From positions 117,118,001 to 117,182,000 of the forward strand of contig NC_042998.1 in the NCBI RefSeq assembly GCF_006345805.1: DNA of 64,000 nt, written 5' to 3'. The position numbers and the translations under genes were made by a program. The notes under the pieces were generated by a model that was not told the origin of the DNA, did no database searches, and was given only the letters and a program-made list of their open reading frames with translations. The DNA is from Octopus sinensis. Its lineage: Eukaryota. Below, piece after piece: positions 39,890 to 54,270 of this stretch (the first letter of the stretch is position 1; the number at the start of each line of letters is the position of its first letter).

Positions 39890-40969
39890 TAGTGTTCTTC
39901 CCTCAGGATCTAGAATGAAATTACTTTATATTATGTGCTATTATGTCTACGTTCATCAGGTCAGTGCATTGGTAGAACAAACACAATTCTTAACAAAATA
40001 CCTTCTTGATTTTAATTAAAGTACTTCAGAATATGTGTTCTAATCCACTCTAAGTTGTCTTCATCCTACTATATCGATACACATATAAAAATCCAGAACT
40101 GAGACCGATTTCATCGATTATTCCATCCGACAAATTGCATTTTTGTATTTAAATTAGAAACCGTTATTTCCCAATTTTTCAGAACTGCAACGCATTGTTG
40201 GAATCTAAGAAAGTTGCTCCTGAGTAAGAATGCACCTTAATTTATCCAATATTGTGTTACCACAAGTAGCAGGACAGTTGTTATAGAATACACCATGACA
40301 TCCTTTATGCTGCATCTCTAAACGAAATCGTTGGATGTACTTTGCCTCTTAAAGAAATTATACGTTATTCGTAACTCAACATGTCACATGTTTAAATATA
40401 TGATAGATCATGTTTAGATCAGTGATAATCTCTTATATTAGAGGACGAGGCATTCAACGCATGGTATGATAAAAGTTCAACCAAGGTGGGTAAGGATCAA
40501 ATGAGCAACTATGCAAATATAAATACAATCGAACTAAGTGCGATAAATACTCCTAGCAGAGTAATATTGATATAATGTTTCAGACCAACAGATCTATTCA
40601 AACCATCATCGTTGACAGCTAAAAGTATTCAGTGGGATATCACACAGTTTTCTTAACATAATTCAGATCAAACGAAATGAGTCGGCCTGAGAATGTTTCT
40701 CGAAAATGTTGAGCATCCGGATTAAATCGTGAGCAGCATAAATTCTAAAACCAACTTGTACAACTACCGACTGATTGCAGCAGTTTAAGTGGTACTGAAA
40801 TGAATGTCTGTCTGTCTGCATGTATGTATGTATGTATGTATGTATGTATGTATGTATGTATGTATGTATGTATGTGTGTATGTATGTATGTATGTATGTA
40901 TGTATGTATGTATGTATGTATGTATGTATGTATATATGTATGTATGTAAGTAAGTACATATCTCTGTTT

Positions 40970-41260
40970 GGATGTATTTCAAGACACACTTCGGTCAGAA
41001 ATGATCATGGGATTGCACCTAGAAAGTTTCCCTTCGAAACAGAAGTCTGGACAATACTGTGTATGGAAGATCGGCAGTCACCCATGCATATCAGCGTCCA
41101 CTCTCCACGAATGTTATCCAAGTGAAAAGCAAAGGTCGGTACAGCTTGACACCAGTCACAGTTCAGCTCATTTCTACTGATAAATGATTGTGAAATACAG
41201 TCTGGCATTCGAACCTCATGATTGTGAGCTGGACGCTCTAACCACTGAGGCCTGAGACTT
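40970..41260 (-). mobile_element. tRNA-derived SINE
   Basis: Minus-strand head GGCCTCAGTGGTTAGAGCGTCCAGCTCACAATCATGAGGTTCGAATGCC (A and B boxes), followed by a body sequence. Confidence 0.65.
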
Positions 41261-41547
41261 TACATGTATGTATATATGTGTGTGTTGAACAAACACAGCT
41301 GATTGTAAGTTCCCTAATGCAAAAAATGCATATGATTAATCAGGGATTAATCTGACCGTCCTTCTGAAAATCGAGGAATCAAAATGGTAGAGAGTGTATT
41401 AAATAGTCAGAAGAGAGAAGCGGAAAAGACGTTTATTCCATTTGTTGACGACTATTTTCTAATCTGAATTTTCACTTACTATGATTTGATCTCACGTTTA
41501 GTCTGTTTATTATGTTACACATTAATGATATTTATATGTATATATAT

Positions 41548-41586
<39 letters not shown>

Positions 41587-43355
41587 TGTGCATGCGTATG
41601 TGTGTGCGCGTTTGTATGTGTGTGTGTATCCCAATTGTGGATATTCATCTAATTACATAAATGAGCCAGGTCTTTTTGTGATTATTTTGATAACATTTCC
41701 AAAATTATAATGATATTAATTTTATGAATAATATATTAATGAAAATATTCAATATCAAATAATTTTTAACACGATTTCAATATTTACAGGACCGCTATGT
41801 CCAATAATTTGACAAAAACATCCAGATCTTTTTTTTTTTTGTCTGGCATTTGCTTCATCGACATTCACAAGAAAATGTCGAGACTAGAATTTATATAGTG
41901 GCATATAAATACAAGTCTTCCCCCACCACCCTGACCGGCTGTGTCAGTAACTATACGTATAGACCAAAAAATTTCTGAAACCAAATCAATGGTATAGGTA
42001 CAAACATTAGTATATGTCTAGCAAGTCTAAAACTTAAAATCTAAATTCAGACAAGAATTTAGTGACATTATAGCTACAAGCTTTAAGAATTAAGTCATCA
42101 GGAAAATAATTTAATTAAGTCTATTTCAAAAAATATCAATAAAGATATTTTACTTCGGGTATTTTTGAAATCTCTTTAGACTACATAGCAATGATATTAC
42201 ATAAACCGCTTCCAATGTCTTAAACAATAGTTCTTTGAATATTTCCCAATGTAAGATACATCGAGCAAAACTTGTTGTGCACGTACATATATCGGAGAAA
42301 CATACATACACATACACATACCTATATGTATTTAGAGGCGTATGTATATGTTACCTACATAGACAGATATGTGTGTGTGAGTCTGTATGCGTATGTTTGT
42401 GCGTAGTTGTGTATCAGTGTGTATAGTTATATTAATCGATATAGATGAGTACACCCAAATACACACACACACATACACACATATATATACATATATATGG
42501 GAGGTTTTGGTATCCAGAAGATCCAGACATATATATATGTGTGTGTGTGTGTGTGCACAATATAAAAACATGCATATGTACACACGTGGATATTACCCTC
42601 TTCTAGTTATAGCAGAAATTATATTTTCAAGTTTCAAGTTACAAATTTTGAGTGGCTAATAACGAAATTTGTAAAATAAATACCAATTATAAGTGAAGCT
42701 TGTTTGTTGAAGAAGAAGGGAACTAGCGTCGATATACGGACTTTCTTTTCCTTGTAGTAGTCACATATTTCTGGCCCTTATTCACAATGTTAGTTATATG
42801 TTAAATGAATTTGCAGTTACTCCGAACACAATTTATAGAAAAAATATTTGTTAAAGATCATTTTTTTCTGTTTCGTATTGATAACGTCATCATGCAAAGT
42901 TTGCACACCGAAATTTTTACTTGCACATAAATATGCATCAGCTTTGCAAATGTGCTTTGCAAGATGTTACTAATACCGTGGTCGCTCTAGTTTAGGAACC
43001 ACATATATTTTGAAAACGAAGTAGAATTTCTGTTCCGCCTCAATTTCGGTGAATTGATATGATGTACGTACGCGTCTAAAATGAGATTTAAGTTAAGTCT
43101 GTTAGCTATATATGTAAATAAGTGTGATGTAAATATGTATATCGATTTATACATGTGTCTGTGTGTGTGTAACGCTGATAGATTGCAGTTAATTACAGCC
43201 GTTTCAGATATGGATTTTTTTTAATGAACAATGATATTTTATCATGTCTTTCAGTGGTAACCTAGGTGGGAGCGTCAGCTAGCATTATGTCCTATTTATG
43301 TGAAGGATCTTAAGCGTTCAATTTTAATCTTAATTCACCTGAAGCAAAGTTGTAT

Positions 43356-43415
<60 letters not shown>

Positions 43416-44759
43416 CACGAAGTAAAGAAATGCCTGGAACAGTTGTAGTAACTTCATCTCATCTGTGTTATTGTTTATACTTCACCATTGTCCGAACCTT
43501 CCCTGCGTTGGAACTGGAGCCCATAGTCGATTGTGGAGTACGTGCTGTAAGTGCAATCTTCTGTCATTTTACGTACATGTTGTATTCGGTCAATACTTGT
43601 CAATGAGTGCATAACTGGAGGGACAAAATACTTACATGTCCGTATACATTGCTAGTGCATAGACACGCTATCCCGGACTCAACATCGCTGAATTTGCTAT
43701 TTAAATACGTAGATTGTATCGGATCACATGCATTATGATGACGGTTTACTTCTTCGTTTCTGGTGCCCTGTCCTTATGTTATGAGAGTTTGGAGGAAAGT
43801 ATTAGATGTTGATTTATATGTATGTCAATATCAGCACGTCTCACGTTGGTGCTTATATTGGTTTTAGGCCTAAGGCTATACTTCCCAGCTCCCTTTTCCA
43901 AAGATATCCATACCCCCATTACGGGTCTCAGTATTTGTCTTGCCATTGCTGCTGCTGTTGCTGCCAATGAGGCTATGTCTCAGCTTGTTTGTCTCAACTG
44001 ACGTTTCTTGAGTGACACAGTTTTACTGTTTGACATTAATAAATAATCAACTGAAGAGCATGCGCGTTTGGCTATTTAATGGCTTACTCGTTTCTTTGAT
44101 ATTTGGATACCGATGCTATTTCACTCCCATCTATGTAACGTCATTTAGGCCCCTATGTTATTTTGTGTGCGCGGATCTCTAGTTTAATCAACTGCAACAT
44201 ATTGTCTCCTTTTGAACATTTTTTTTCTGATTTTAACAAGTCAGGTCGTAATATGCAGTCCTTGTATGTTCGCCTGAATGATTCATTAACTACAAGAGAA
44301 TGCACGACTCACAATTATGATGCTTTACTGAACAACATTGCATTGATAATGGTAATGACGACGGTGGTGGAAAAATGTAGTTTTTTTCTTTTGTAACAGT
44401 GGATTGGATTTTGGTATGGACGTTGTTTCCATTGTTACGTTTTTAATATCTGCTTTAGAAATACGTTCACTGGTAAAATAAATGTTATTGTTGTTGCTAT
44501 AATTACTGACAGCAGCATTGTTTCTTGCTGTAATTATTTAAAAACATGGTAATGGTAGTAGTATTTCGTGTGTTGTTGTGAATATGTTTACCGGATGTTG
44601 AACGTGAGGAATAACGTCGTAAATTAGCAGATTTCTCTTGTTTTACAAAGATTCATTCGCTCTCCTGTTATCGTGGCATGTTACCCCATGTGCACCTGAC
44701 AATATTATCAAAAATAACACATCGACAACCAATCTCTTTCTCTCTCTCTCTCCCTTCTC

Positions 44760-44801
<42 letters not shown>

Positions 44802-45679
44802 GTTAGGATAGGCTTGCACCGACAGAAATAATCACCCTTTTTTAGGTCATTTCCGAAAAAAAAAATAAACGTGCGATTTCAAAGCGTAAATATAAAAACA
44901 TCCTTATTAGAGTAAACGAACAGTAATTGTCTTCAGACAGATGGATCGGCAGAAATACGTGACGCCCTGTAAACCAACAAGAAGCAGAAAATCCAAAAGC
45001 AAGCGAATCCAGTATTGTATGCGTGTATTTCTGTCAATTCTATTTTATTATTCTTGCTACTAGCTTGTTATTGATACAGGCAAAGTTATATTGTTGTGCC
45101 TAAAAAATATCTCGGTGAACTAGAGTTTGTAATTATGTTAATTAGATCGTTCATGTCCTTGAGGAAATTATGAATATCATATTTTCCTATTTTCTCAAGC
45201 TTTGCAAATAGAAAACTTCATGATTGTCAGATTTCATTAACAGACATAAATTTAACACTTTTTTCATGTAGGTTTTATTGCTTCTGTTCTTTTCTTCCTC
45301 GGATGTTAATCAATATTAATATGGTGAGAGAGAAAAATAAGAATCCGAGAAAACTAGTAACGGTCAGCGTCTGTGACGAGAAAAAGGGGGGAATTTAATT
45401 AAAGCCATCGGTATTATACAGCAAGCTTTATTGTCCTAATCGTAATTGTTTAGCCGTAGGTCAGTCCTGATCAAGCAGACCAGGCAAAGTGTATCCCGGA
45501 CAACATTAACTGGATGACTCATTTTAAGTGAGGTATCCGGTTATATACCAAAGATCTGAGTGAATGTTTTACTATTTCTAACGGGAAAATAAAGGCATCC
45601 TATTTGGATAACAATACCATTGATACCTATAGCTAATTATAGAATATTCAACCCGTGTATAAATGTAACCAGCAATAAT

Positions 45680-46090
45680 AAGGTGGGGGATGGGTCGATT
45701 ACATCAACCCGCAATCCTCAACTGTTCCTTATTTTATCGGCCTTGAAATGATGAAAAGTAAAGTCGACCTCATCGAAATTTGAACGTAGAGCGCAAACAC
45801 GAAATACTGCTAAGCATTTTGCCCGTCGCAGTAAGTATTCTGCTAACGCACTAGCTTTAGTGTTAACTATTGTTTCAAATTCTGGTTGAAGGTCAGAAAG
45901 TTGGGAGGGAGGGAAAAAGTCGATTACATTGACCTCATTGATCAACTGATGCGTATTTTATCAACCCCGAGAGGATGAAAGGTAAAGTCAATGTCAGCGT
46001 CATTTAGATTAAGAACGTAAAGGCGAACGAAGTGCCGCGAAATATTTTGCCGACATACTAACGATTCTATCAGGTTGTCGCCAGCACTGT
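45680..46090 (-). mobile_element. Two tandem degenerate SINE copies
   Basis: The module GTCGATTACAT..ACC...TTTTATC..CC...ATGAAA.GTAAAGTC occurs at ~45695 and ~45919; a further fragment lies at 46430-46550 (+). Confidence 0.65.
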
Positions 46091-46717
46091 AGCCAATATT
46101 AGTACATATTAAGACGTTCGACCTATTAAACCAATTGTAAATTGGGGCAACTATGAAAAAAGAGAATTTGACTATGGTGTATGAATCGTATTCAGGAAAG
46201 GTATCCACCTTGTTTCATTTAATTTATTCATAAATACCTGCACAGAATATTTTATGCTAGTGTATGTGGTATTTATTTTAACTCTTATAACTACCATATT
46301 GAAACAAGAATGTGGATTAGCATAAAAGCATATGTGGCATCGGGAAAAGCAATATAGTGATAATATAATTATGGTATACTGAATATTTAAGTGATGACAA
46401 GGTTTCATATTTTCCTACATCACACACGCTACGGTCAACTTTGCTTCCATTATTTAGGAGTGGATAAAATAAGTACCAGTCAAGTAGTGATATTTATGTG
46501 TTAGATTAACACCTTCTCTAAAGCTGTTTACATTGACCAAAGTTTGAAACACTCATGTATTAAAACTTCCTGACTAAACTTTTAATACAAGCAAAACGGA
46601 CGCAACAGGACTCTCAACTTTTCCTACTACGTGTCTTAAATTTCGGTGTTAATCATTACAATTCACAGGTAGATATGTTTTGTCTTAATGTCACTATACG
46701 TATGCATATATATATAT

Positions 46718-46831
<114 letters not shown>

Positions 46832-47033
46832 GATATATATATATATACTAAGCAATAAAGGGTTTAGCAACGAATTGCCTTACCACATACCGAATTTAGA
46901 AATAGCAGTCAAAGAGTTATAGCTATTTCTTCTACTAAAAAGGGAGATCTCAGTAAAAACAGCAATTGGAAGGCAGACACAAACAGGTAAGAGAGAATGA
47001 ATTGACGGCAATCTATCATACAATTTTAAGTTA

Positions 47034-47133
47034 TCTACGGACGCACGTTTCGAAATCAAGTTTTTAGGAAAGCATAAGAATTAAATATTAAATAATTCTA
47101 CCTTACCAAAACTTCTTTTCTCTTCAGCGTAGA
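47034..47133 (-). ncRNA. Type-I hammerhead ribozyme (mirror copy in left palindrome arm)
   Basis: Reverse complement of 47193-47292 with one substitution, which lies in stem II. Confidence 0.85.
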
Positions 47134-47192
47134 ATACTATAATCATAAATGATTTATAAAACTCAATATATAATCATTTATGATTATAGTAT

Positions 47193-47292
47193 TCTACGCT
47201 GAAGAGAAAAGAAATTTTGGTAAGGTAGAATTATTTAATATTTAATTCTTATGCTTTCCTAAAAACTTGATTTCGAAACGTGCGTCCGTAGA
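47193..47292 (+). ncRNA. Type-I hammerhead ribozyme
   Basis: Stem I TCTACG/CGTAGA; core CTGAAGA (47199-47205); stem II opens GAAA...TTTC with a G-C closing pair and contains AGAATTA/TAATTCT; GAAA (47275-47278); stem III ACG-tg-CGT; GUC cleavage after 47286. Confidence 0.85.
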
Positions 47293-47577
47293 TAACTTAA
47301 AATTGTATGATAGATTGCCGTCAATTCATTCTCTCTTACCTGTTTGTGTTTGCCTTCCAATTGCTGTTTTTACTGAGATCTCCCTTTTTAGTAGAAGAAA
47401 TAGCTATAACTCTTTGACTGCTATTTCTAAATTCGGTATGTGGTAAGGCAATTCGTTGCTAAACCCTTTATTGCTTAGTATTACTTAAATTTTCCTCGAA
47501 TGAGGCTTTTACATGCCGAAGACTACTTGGTGTAATTGATAATTATTCCAAATTAATTAATTTCACCCTTCATTATT

Positions 47578-47631
<54 letters not shown>

Positions 47632-48129
47632 TAATGTATGTGTGTATTATGTTACGCTAAGCAGTGGAGTTGCGAATCAAATTGTTAGAGTAACCTCACA
47701 AGTGTAGCCTGTACCAAGATGTTTCTATAAACAGCGGGTCGTATACGATGTAATAGTAAAGAGAAACCAAATAGTGATAGTTTGCAATCATTTATTCAAA
47801 ATATTTCGAAAGTGATTCAACTGAGAATGATATTTCCATTACACAAACGTGAAGCGTACGTATTCAATGAATTCAAAATATCACACCTTTTTTTTACTTG
47901 AGCATTGCAACTAAAAGTGCGGTTGTTTCTGTGTGTGTGTGTGTGTGTATTTGTGTGTATGTGTGTATGCATGTATGTGCTTGTATGTGTGTGTGTGTGA
48001 GTGTGTTTATGAAATATATTTTCCTACTATTTTCACAGAAATGCTGTCGTCCGCACAGATCTAAAATAATATTATTTCCTGTATATTCTTATCGCGAATA
48101 GAAGCTTTTATAAATTGTACCAAGCGAAT

Positions 48130-48320
48130 ACTACATTGCCATATCACGTTCTCCTCCGACCACCGAAGTTAAACTACGTCGGGCCTAGTTAGTGCTTAGG
48201 TAGATGCGGACTTCAGAAACCTACGTCTGGAAAGTATCCCACACTTCTTCCCAAGCGGTACCCCATCCTGCCCGCAGCCAAATGACTCTAACAAGTAAAA
48301 GAATAAAGAATAGAAGAATC
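48130..48320 (+). mobile_element. 5S rRNA-derived SINE (SINE3-like)
   Basis: GCCATATCACGTT..CTCCTCCGACCACCGAAGTTAAACTACGTCGGGCCTAGTTAGTGCTTAGG resembles metazoan 5S rRNA with an internal deletion; it ends in GCGGTACCCCATCCTGCCCGCAGCCAAATGACTCTAACAAGTAAAAGAATAAAGAA, the tail type shared with the LINE and the tRNA-SINE. Confidence 0.75.
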
Positions 48321-50679
48321 ACAAACAGTGGTTAATATATATCTGAGTCAATTGGTATTTTCTTTTGGAGTAACTTGACTTTTGAGTTATCTGATATTTT
48401 CAATATTTTAAACAAGAACATTCCAGCAACACTGCATCAAATATGTTTTTAATAGACAATAACTTAAAAGTCGTACTTCCAACCCATTTACAAATTTACA
48501 ATCTGAGCAATTTTTCTTCAAAATATTTTAAATAATGCCTGCATATGTAACAGAAGCTCTCTGTAGCTATCTTTCTGTGTACGTATATTTTATATCTGCA
48601 CGGAAAGCTGTTAGTAATTGGTTAAAATAATGCACTTTGGTGTCAGACGTGGCATGAAAGCCATTATATATTTTGATAAATATATTTTAGGTAATATCTC
48701 AATGGTGCATCTTTTCTGCTCCCTTCTTGTGGTCATAAGCAATATATTGGTACCAAGGTATTGTCATTTAGAATTGCCATACAGAATTATCATGTAGGAT
48801 TTAAATATCTAATGATATTATTTATGTCATATAATAAACTGTTTAATCTTTGCAGTACAAGTTCAAGTTTAACTGTTTTAAGAACACCATATTTGATAAA
48901 AGTGTCATTAATGAGACAAAATTAAAGTTGGCAGTGGGAATGGTGACAAATCCAAAAATTACTGATGGATTGCAGATCTAACAGATGAATTGAAAATTTT
49001 CAATTCATGAACATTATCCCGAGAAACGAGAAACAGACAAAATCAAATGAATTTTTATTTAGAAAAGCATTAATACCTGCAGTAATCTTAATGGGTGAGT
49101 GTTTATGGACAAGCAAAGAATTTAGAATATTACACATCTTTTAGTTAATTTGTCAAATGTGACACCCTGCCTGATAATATAAAATATATCAATATCCTCT
49201 GGTTGTATGTAGGTGTTAAAATTATTGCTCTGCCAGTCCCCCACAAAAACACATCGGTTCTGCATCTAGGATTCTGTGAAAATTCGTCTATTATTTTCAG
49301 AGCATTTTAAGGAACCGGCGTGATTCATTTACAAAGGCAGAAACATAAAGGAACAGTATTTAGTAAATATTAGGTACCCAATATCTTGTCAGGACAGTAG
49401 TAGGAGCGTACACGCGTTTACAACGGTATAAATATCGTGAAATATAAACAATTACATATAGTATTTTATTACAACTTTTTAATTGATATACATGTATTGA
49501 TTAAAAAGTTGCTTCTGGAGTCTATAGGATAGTCGAGATATTTTTCCAGAAATCTTTAATAACTGTCCTTGTTTCTATATATAAGAATATTATTTTCATC
49601 CTATTATATAGCCTTTAATTTTCAAGTTATATTTGCAATATCATTTGGATATTTCCGATAGGTGGCAGTGCAGTGAATAGAAACGGGAATAGAAACAGCA
49701 ATTCAATTCTTTCTTTTTTCTGCTTTTCTTAATTTCTCCCCTCCAAGCGCGGAGAAATGTTTAGGAAAAAGATAGGTAAAATATGGTGTCATCAACATAA
49801 TTATAACAGTGAGATGAAGCGAGATGTGATATGCACATTGCGTTTTTATTCTTCTCTTCCGTTTCACGAATCCAGTGTGCATGTGTTCATTGTATTTTCA
49901 TACTTTTATTTCTGGTTCCTACCCAAAGCTGTTTACAGGTCACAACCATCTCACGAATCTGCGATCACGAGGAGCGTTTCACATTTTGATATTTTTAAGT
50001 CTTATGTATAATTTATTATTGAAGTCATATTTATAATTTATTATTGAAATTATAGTGACACTCAACATTATTAATTATGCTATTAGAATACGCAATTTTG
50101 CGACGCCAGTCAATGTTTATAATGTACATTCTACATAGTAGACTTGTTGCTACATTGCGATGAAGTACATAAATAAGCTACACGTTTAAGGTGATCGTTT
50201 AAGATGCACACGCTTAAGGTTGATCTTTTTTTACCCCATATAGTAGTCAATTTAACTATGCTTTATCTAACCAGCCAATCATTGAGCGAAATGTTTTCAC
50301 GTGTAATTTGTGAATATTCATTTGTGAAGACTATCCATCTCTGAGTTCTTGAATAATCTGAGAAGTACGGTTGAGTCGAAGCATTCCCGAGCAGGTGGAA
50401 ATAATAACCATCGCCGTTATGTGTTGTTACGGTATTTATCAAATGTCAGTTTCATTTCTCCCACATGAACCACTTAAATTTTAGTATAATTGCTTTCGGA
50501 ATTTTGCTCCTGGCTTTTCTTGACAACAGTTACCATCAATTTTTTTCGATAATTACTGTTCCAGGATTAATAGATTAAAAATAATTTGTTGCACACAGCT
50601 TACCCTAAATTTTAATCAATCTATTACGTGCTAGACTGCATTTACAATTTATATACTTCATGTCAGTCATTTCCTATCT

Positions 50680-50723
50680 GTATACATATATATACATATA
50701 TATCTATATATATATATATATAT

Positions 50724-50781
<58 letters not shown>

Positions 50782-50786
50782 GTATG

Positions 50787-50827
<41 letters not shown>

Positions 50828-51031
50828 GTATACATATATATATACATATATGTATATATACATATATGTATATATACATATATATATGTATATATATACA
50901 TATATATACATATATGTATATATATACATATATTATATATATACATGTTATATATACATATGTATACATTATATACATGTATATATATACATGTATATAT
51001 ATATATACATATATATATACATATATATACA

Positions 51032-51067
<36 letters not shown>

Positions 51068-51331
51068 CATATATTATATATACATATTTATATATACATA
51101 TATATATATACACATATATATATACATATATATATATATATACATTATATATATACATATATATATATGTATATACATACATATATATATATATGTATAC
51201 ATATATATATATGTATACATATATATATATGTGTGTGTGTATACATACATATATATATAAGTATATATATACGTATATAATGTATATAGATATATATATA
51301 TGTATCTATATATATATGTGTATATATATGC

Positions 51332-51364
<33 letters not shown>

Positions 51365-51397
51365 TATGTATACATATATATATATGTATATATATAC

Positions 51398-51449
<52 letters not shown>

Positions 51450-51488
51450 CTATATACATATATATATATACGTATATATATATACATG

Positions 51489-51562
<74 letters not shown>
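50680..51562. repeat. ~880-bp compound (TA)n/(TACA)n/(TATG)n microsatellite
   Basis: Read directly. Similar large tracts at 28580-28790, 29390-29675 and 46705-46845. Confidence 0.97.
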
Positions 51563-51566
<4 letters not shown>

Positions 51567-53056
51567 GAGAGAGTGAGAAAGAATGTTTGCCCCTTCAATA
51601 TCAGCTAATGCTAAATAATAACTCTAGCACAGTACAAACGTAGCCATTTCGGAAAAATTACAATATGGTTATAAAATTAGAACATAGAAAACCCATAAAT
51701 TATAAACAACAAAATATATCAAGAAGCGCTTAACAGAAATCTTCCAATATCATTATTAAAAGGAGAGCTTTTTATTATCAGCAAGCAAACACACAAGCTC
51801 GCTCACAAAATTATAGAAATTTTACACTTTAAAAATGAGGGTTCCTCTTGTGTTTGTTAATTTCTTGTAGAAATTACAAAATATATTATAATAAAAGCAA
51901 GTGTGCATATAGTTGTCAGTTTGCGTATAGTAATATTTGTACAAAGAATATTTCATTATTTTGTCTTTGGAATATTGTTTTTTTTTACGTTGCAACAAAT
52001 TAGTCTGTGTATGGATATTATGCAATATAATTTTTCCTGTAAGTTCTGTAATCCCAGCTGTACGGAAATGTATCAAATATACACTAACACATACCGTTAT
52101 ATATCTCTGTATCGCAACATATTTTTATCTGAATATAACATTCTAAAATAGAAAATGAAATTGAATTTTTGAGGTTTTGCTTTTATAAGTGTTATGTATT
52201 CCACATTTACACAGAAACATAAACGAAATACTGATACAGTACAAAGATGACATTAATGTCTAGTTCATGGTGTCGGTTACGCTAAACAACTCTCAAAGGC
52301 TAGGCCAGATTTCTCAATGGTTTTGATGATCATTCATCCTGAAAATCAACGAATTGTTTCAACTGAAGGCATCTTTTCAAGTCTTTAACGAAACGTTACA
52401 TTATTGCTTCTGTATTTTAACCCGATTATCTATATTTCCCACGTTCTGGCTTAAATGTATTGTGTATGACACAGCATAGCTTTATCAATTTTCTCATATA
52501 CGCAGATCGAATTGCAAGTGGATAAAGTATATAACAGTGGTATGCATAATTAAGAATTATATATATTTTGATATCTACTGGGTTGTATTCCAGAGCAAAT
52601 TATAGAGTTCCATATGTTACTCGGTTTGCTACTTACAAGCAGAAGATATTCTCTCTGTTGCCAATATCCTATAAATTTAATGAATGGATGTACACACACA
52701 CATGTGCGTCTGTTTGTAGGTGTGTGTATGTGTGTGCGTGCGTGCGCCTGTGTGTGTGTGTAAACAATGCGATTGAAGATAGAAATAATAAGTAGTGGGT
52801 GTATATGCATATCTCAGTTCTTGCTCATTCTCCAGCAGCATATCAAAGCCATTTTAATCTAGGAGCACATTTCGATATACCAACATTCATATATTGGATA
52901 CGTTCCTGGGAATTGGTCCGTACGTAATAGTTGCGGGCAAGGAGAGCCTATTTCGTCATGCAATCAGACAGATTGATATCCGCAGAATTATCCGGAGCAA
53001 CTACAGTCGACAGCTCTGACAAAAAATATGGAAATAATAATAATAATGATAATAAA

Positions 53057-53105
<49 letters not shown>

Positions 53106-53166
53106 TAATAATAATATAATAATAATAATAATAATAATAATATAATAATAATAATAAAATAATAAT

Positions 53167-54193
53167 AAGAAGAAGAAGAAGAAGAAGAGAAGAAGAAGAA
53201 GAGAAGAAGAAGAAGAAGAAAAGAAGAAGAAGAAGAAGAAGAAGAAGAATATGAAGAAACAACAAAAGCTATAAAAAAATGAAATCCAAACTAAAAATAG
53301 AACAGCAACGAACAATGACAAAACGATGGCAAGAAAAGCCCCTTCATGGTAAATACTGGACTAAACTAAACGCAAAAGAAATAGACAAAGAAAAATCCCA
53401 GCAATGGTTGAGAAGCTCAGGACTCAAAGCAGAAACAGAGGGATTTTTAATTGCAGCACAAGACCAAAGCCTCCCCACCAGAAATTACCAAAAACATGTA
53501 ATGAAAAGAAATATTACAAGTAACTGCAGAATATGTGGAGATGGACAAGAAACAATAAATCATATTATCTCTAGCTGCCCAGTCCTGGCTAAGAAGGAAT
53601 ATATTCACAGACATGACAGAGTTGGAACTTACATACATTGGAAGCTATGCCAACATTATGGAATAACAACAGAAAAAAGATGGTATAGGCACACACCAGA
53701 AAGGTCACAGAAAACGAGAAAGCAACCATACTCTGGGATATGCCGATACACACAGATAGAGAAATTAAGGCCAACAGACCAGATATAGTTGTCAGAGACC
53801 ATGAAGAAAAAAAATGCTTTCTAATTGATGTATCAGTACCGGCAGATGACAACGTGTCTCTAAAAGAAATGGAGAAACTCTCAAAATACAAAGACCTGGA
53901 AATAGAGGTAACTAGAATGTGGAATCTAAAAACAGAAACAATTCCTATCACAGTAGGTGCATTAGGCATGATAAAAAAATATTCAGACAAATACATAACA
54001 AAAACACCAGGACTTACAAACACATATAACATACAGAAAATTGCACTACTAGGCACTGCACACATCCTACGCAGAACACTTTCCATACAATAACCATCAG
54101 AGCATCACAACAAATCACAGCACATACCAAAGGCACACAGAGCTGCTCTCGGTAGTGAAGTGAAAGCACGCTATAAAAATAAAAATAAAACTA

Positions 54194-54197
<4 letters not shown>
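53167..54197 (+). mobile_element. R4/Dong-type element, 5'-truncated copy A
   Basis: PLHGKY, LKAETEGFLIAAQDQ, CRICGDGQETINHIISSC (CCHC), RPDIVV...LIDVSVP (RLE), ALLGTAHILRR; frameshift near 53700; 3' UTR followed by (AAT)n. Confidence 0.93.

Positions 54198-54270
<73 letters not shown>

Larger units (their letters stand above)
46845..47481. repeat. Near-perfect palindrome (310-bp arms, 17-bp spacer) abutting (TA)n
   Basis: 46845-47154 is the reverse complement of 47172-47481; two mismatches noticed. Confidence 0.97.

Noticed and set aside
43430-43990. Possible host exons (MPGTVVV... followed by GTAAGT; minus-strand ...SVETNKLRH...)
   Set aside because: Short frames, weak or incompatible splice sites and no recognisable homology.
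52365-52410. CTGAAGG...GAAACGTTA hammerhead-like motif
   Set aside because: The core A9 is missing and there is no stem I.
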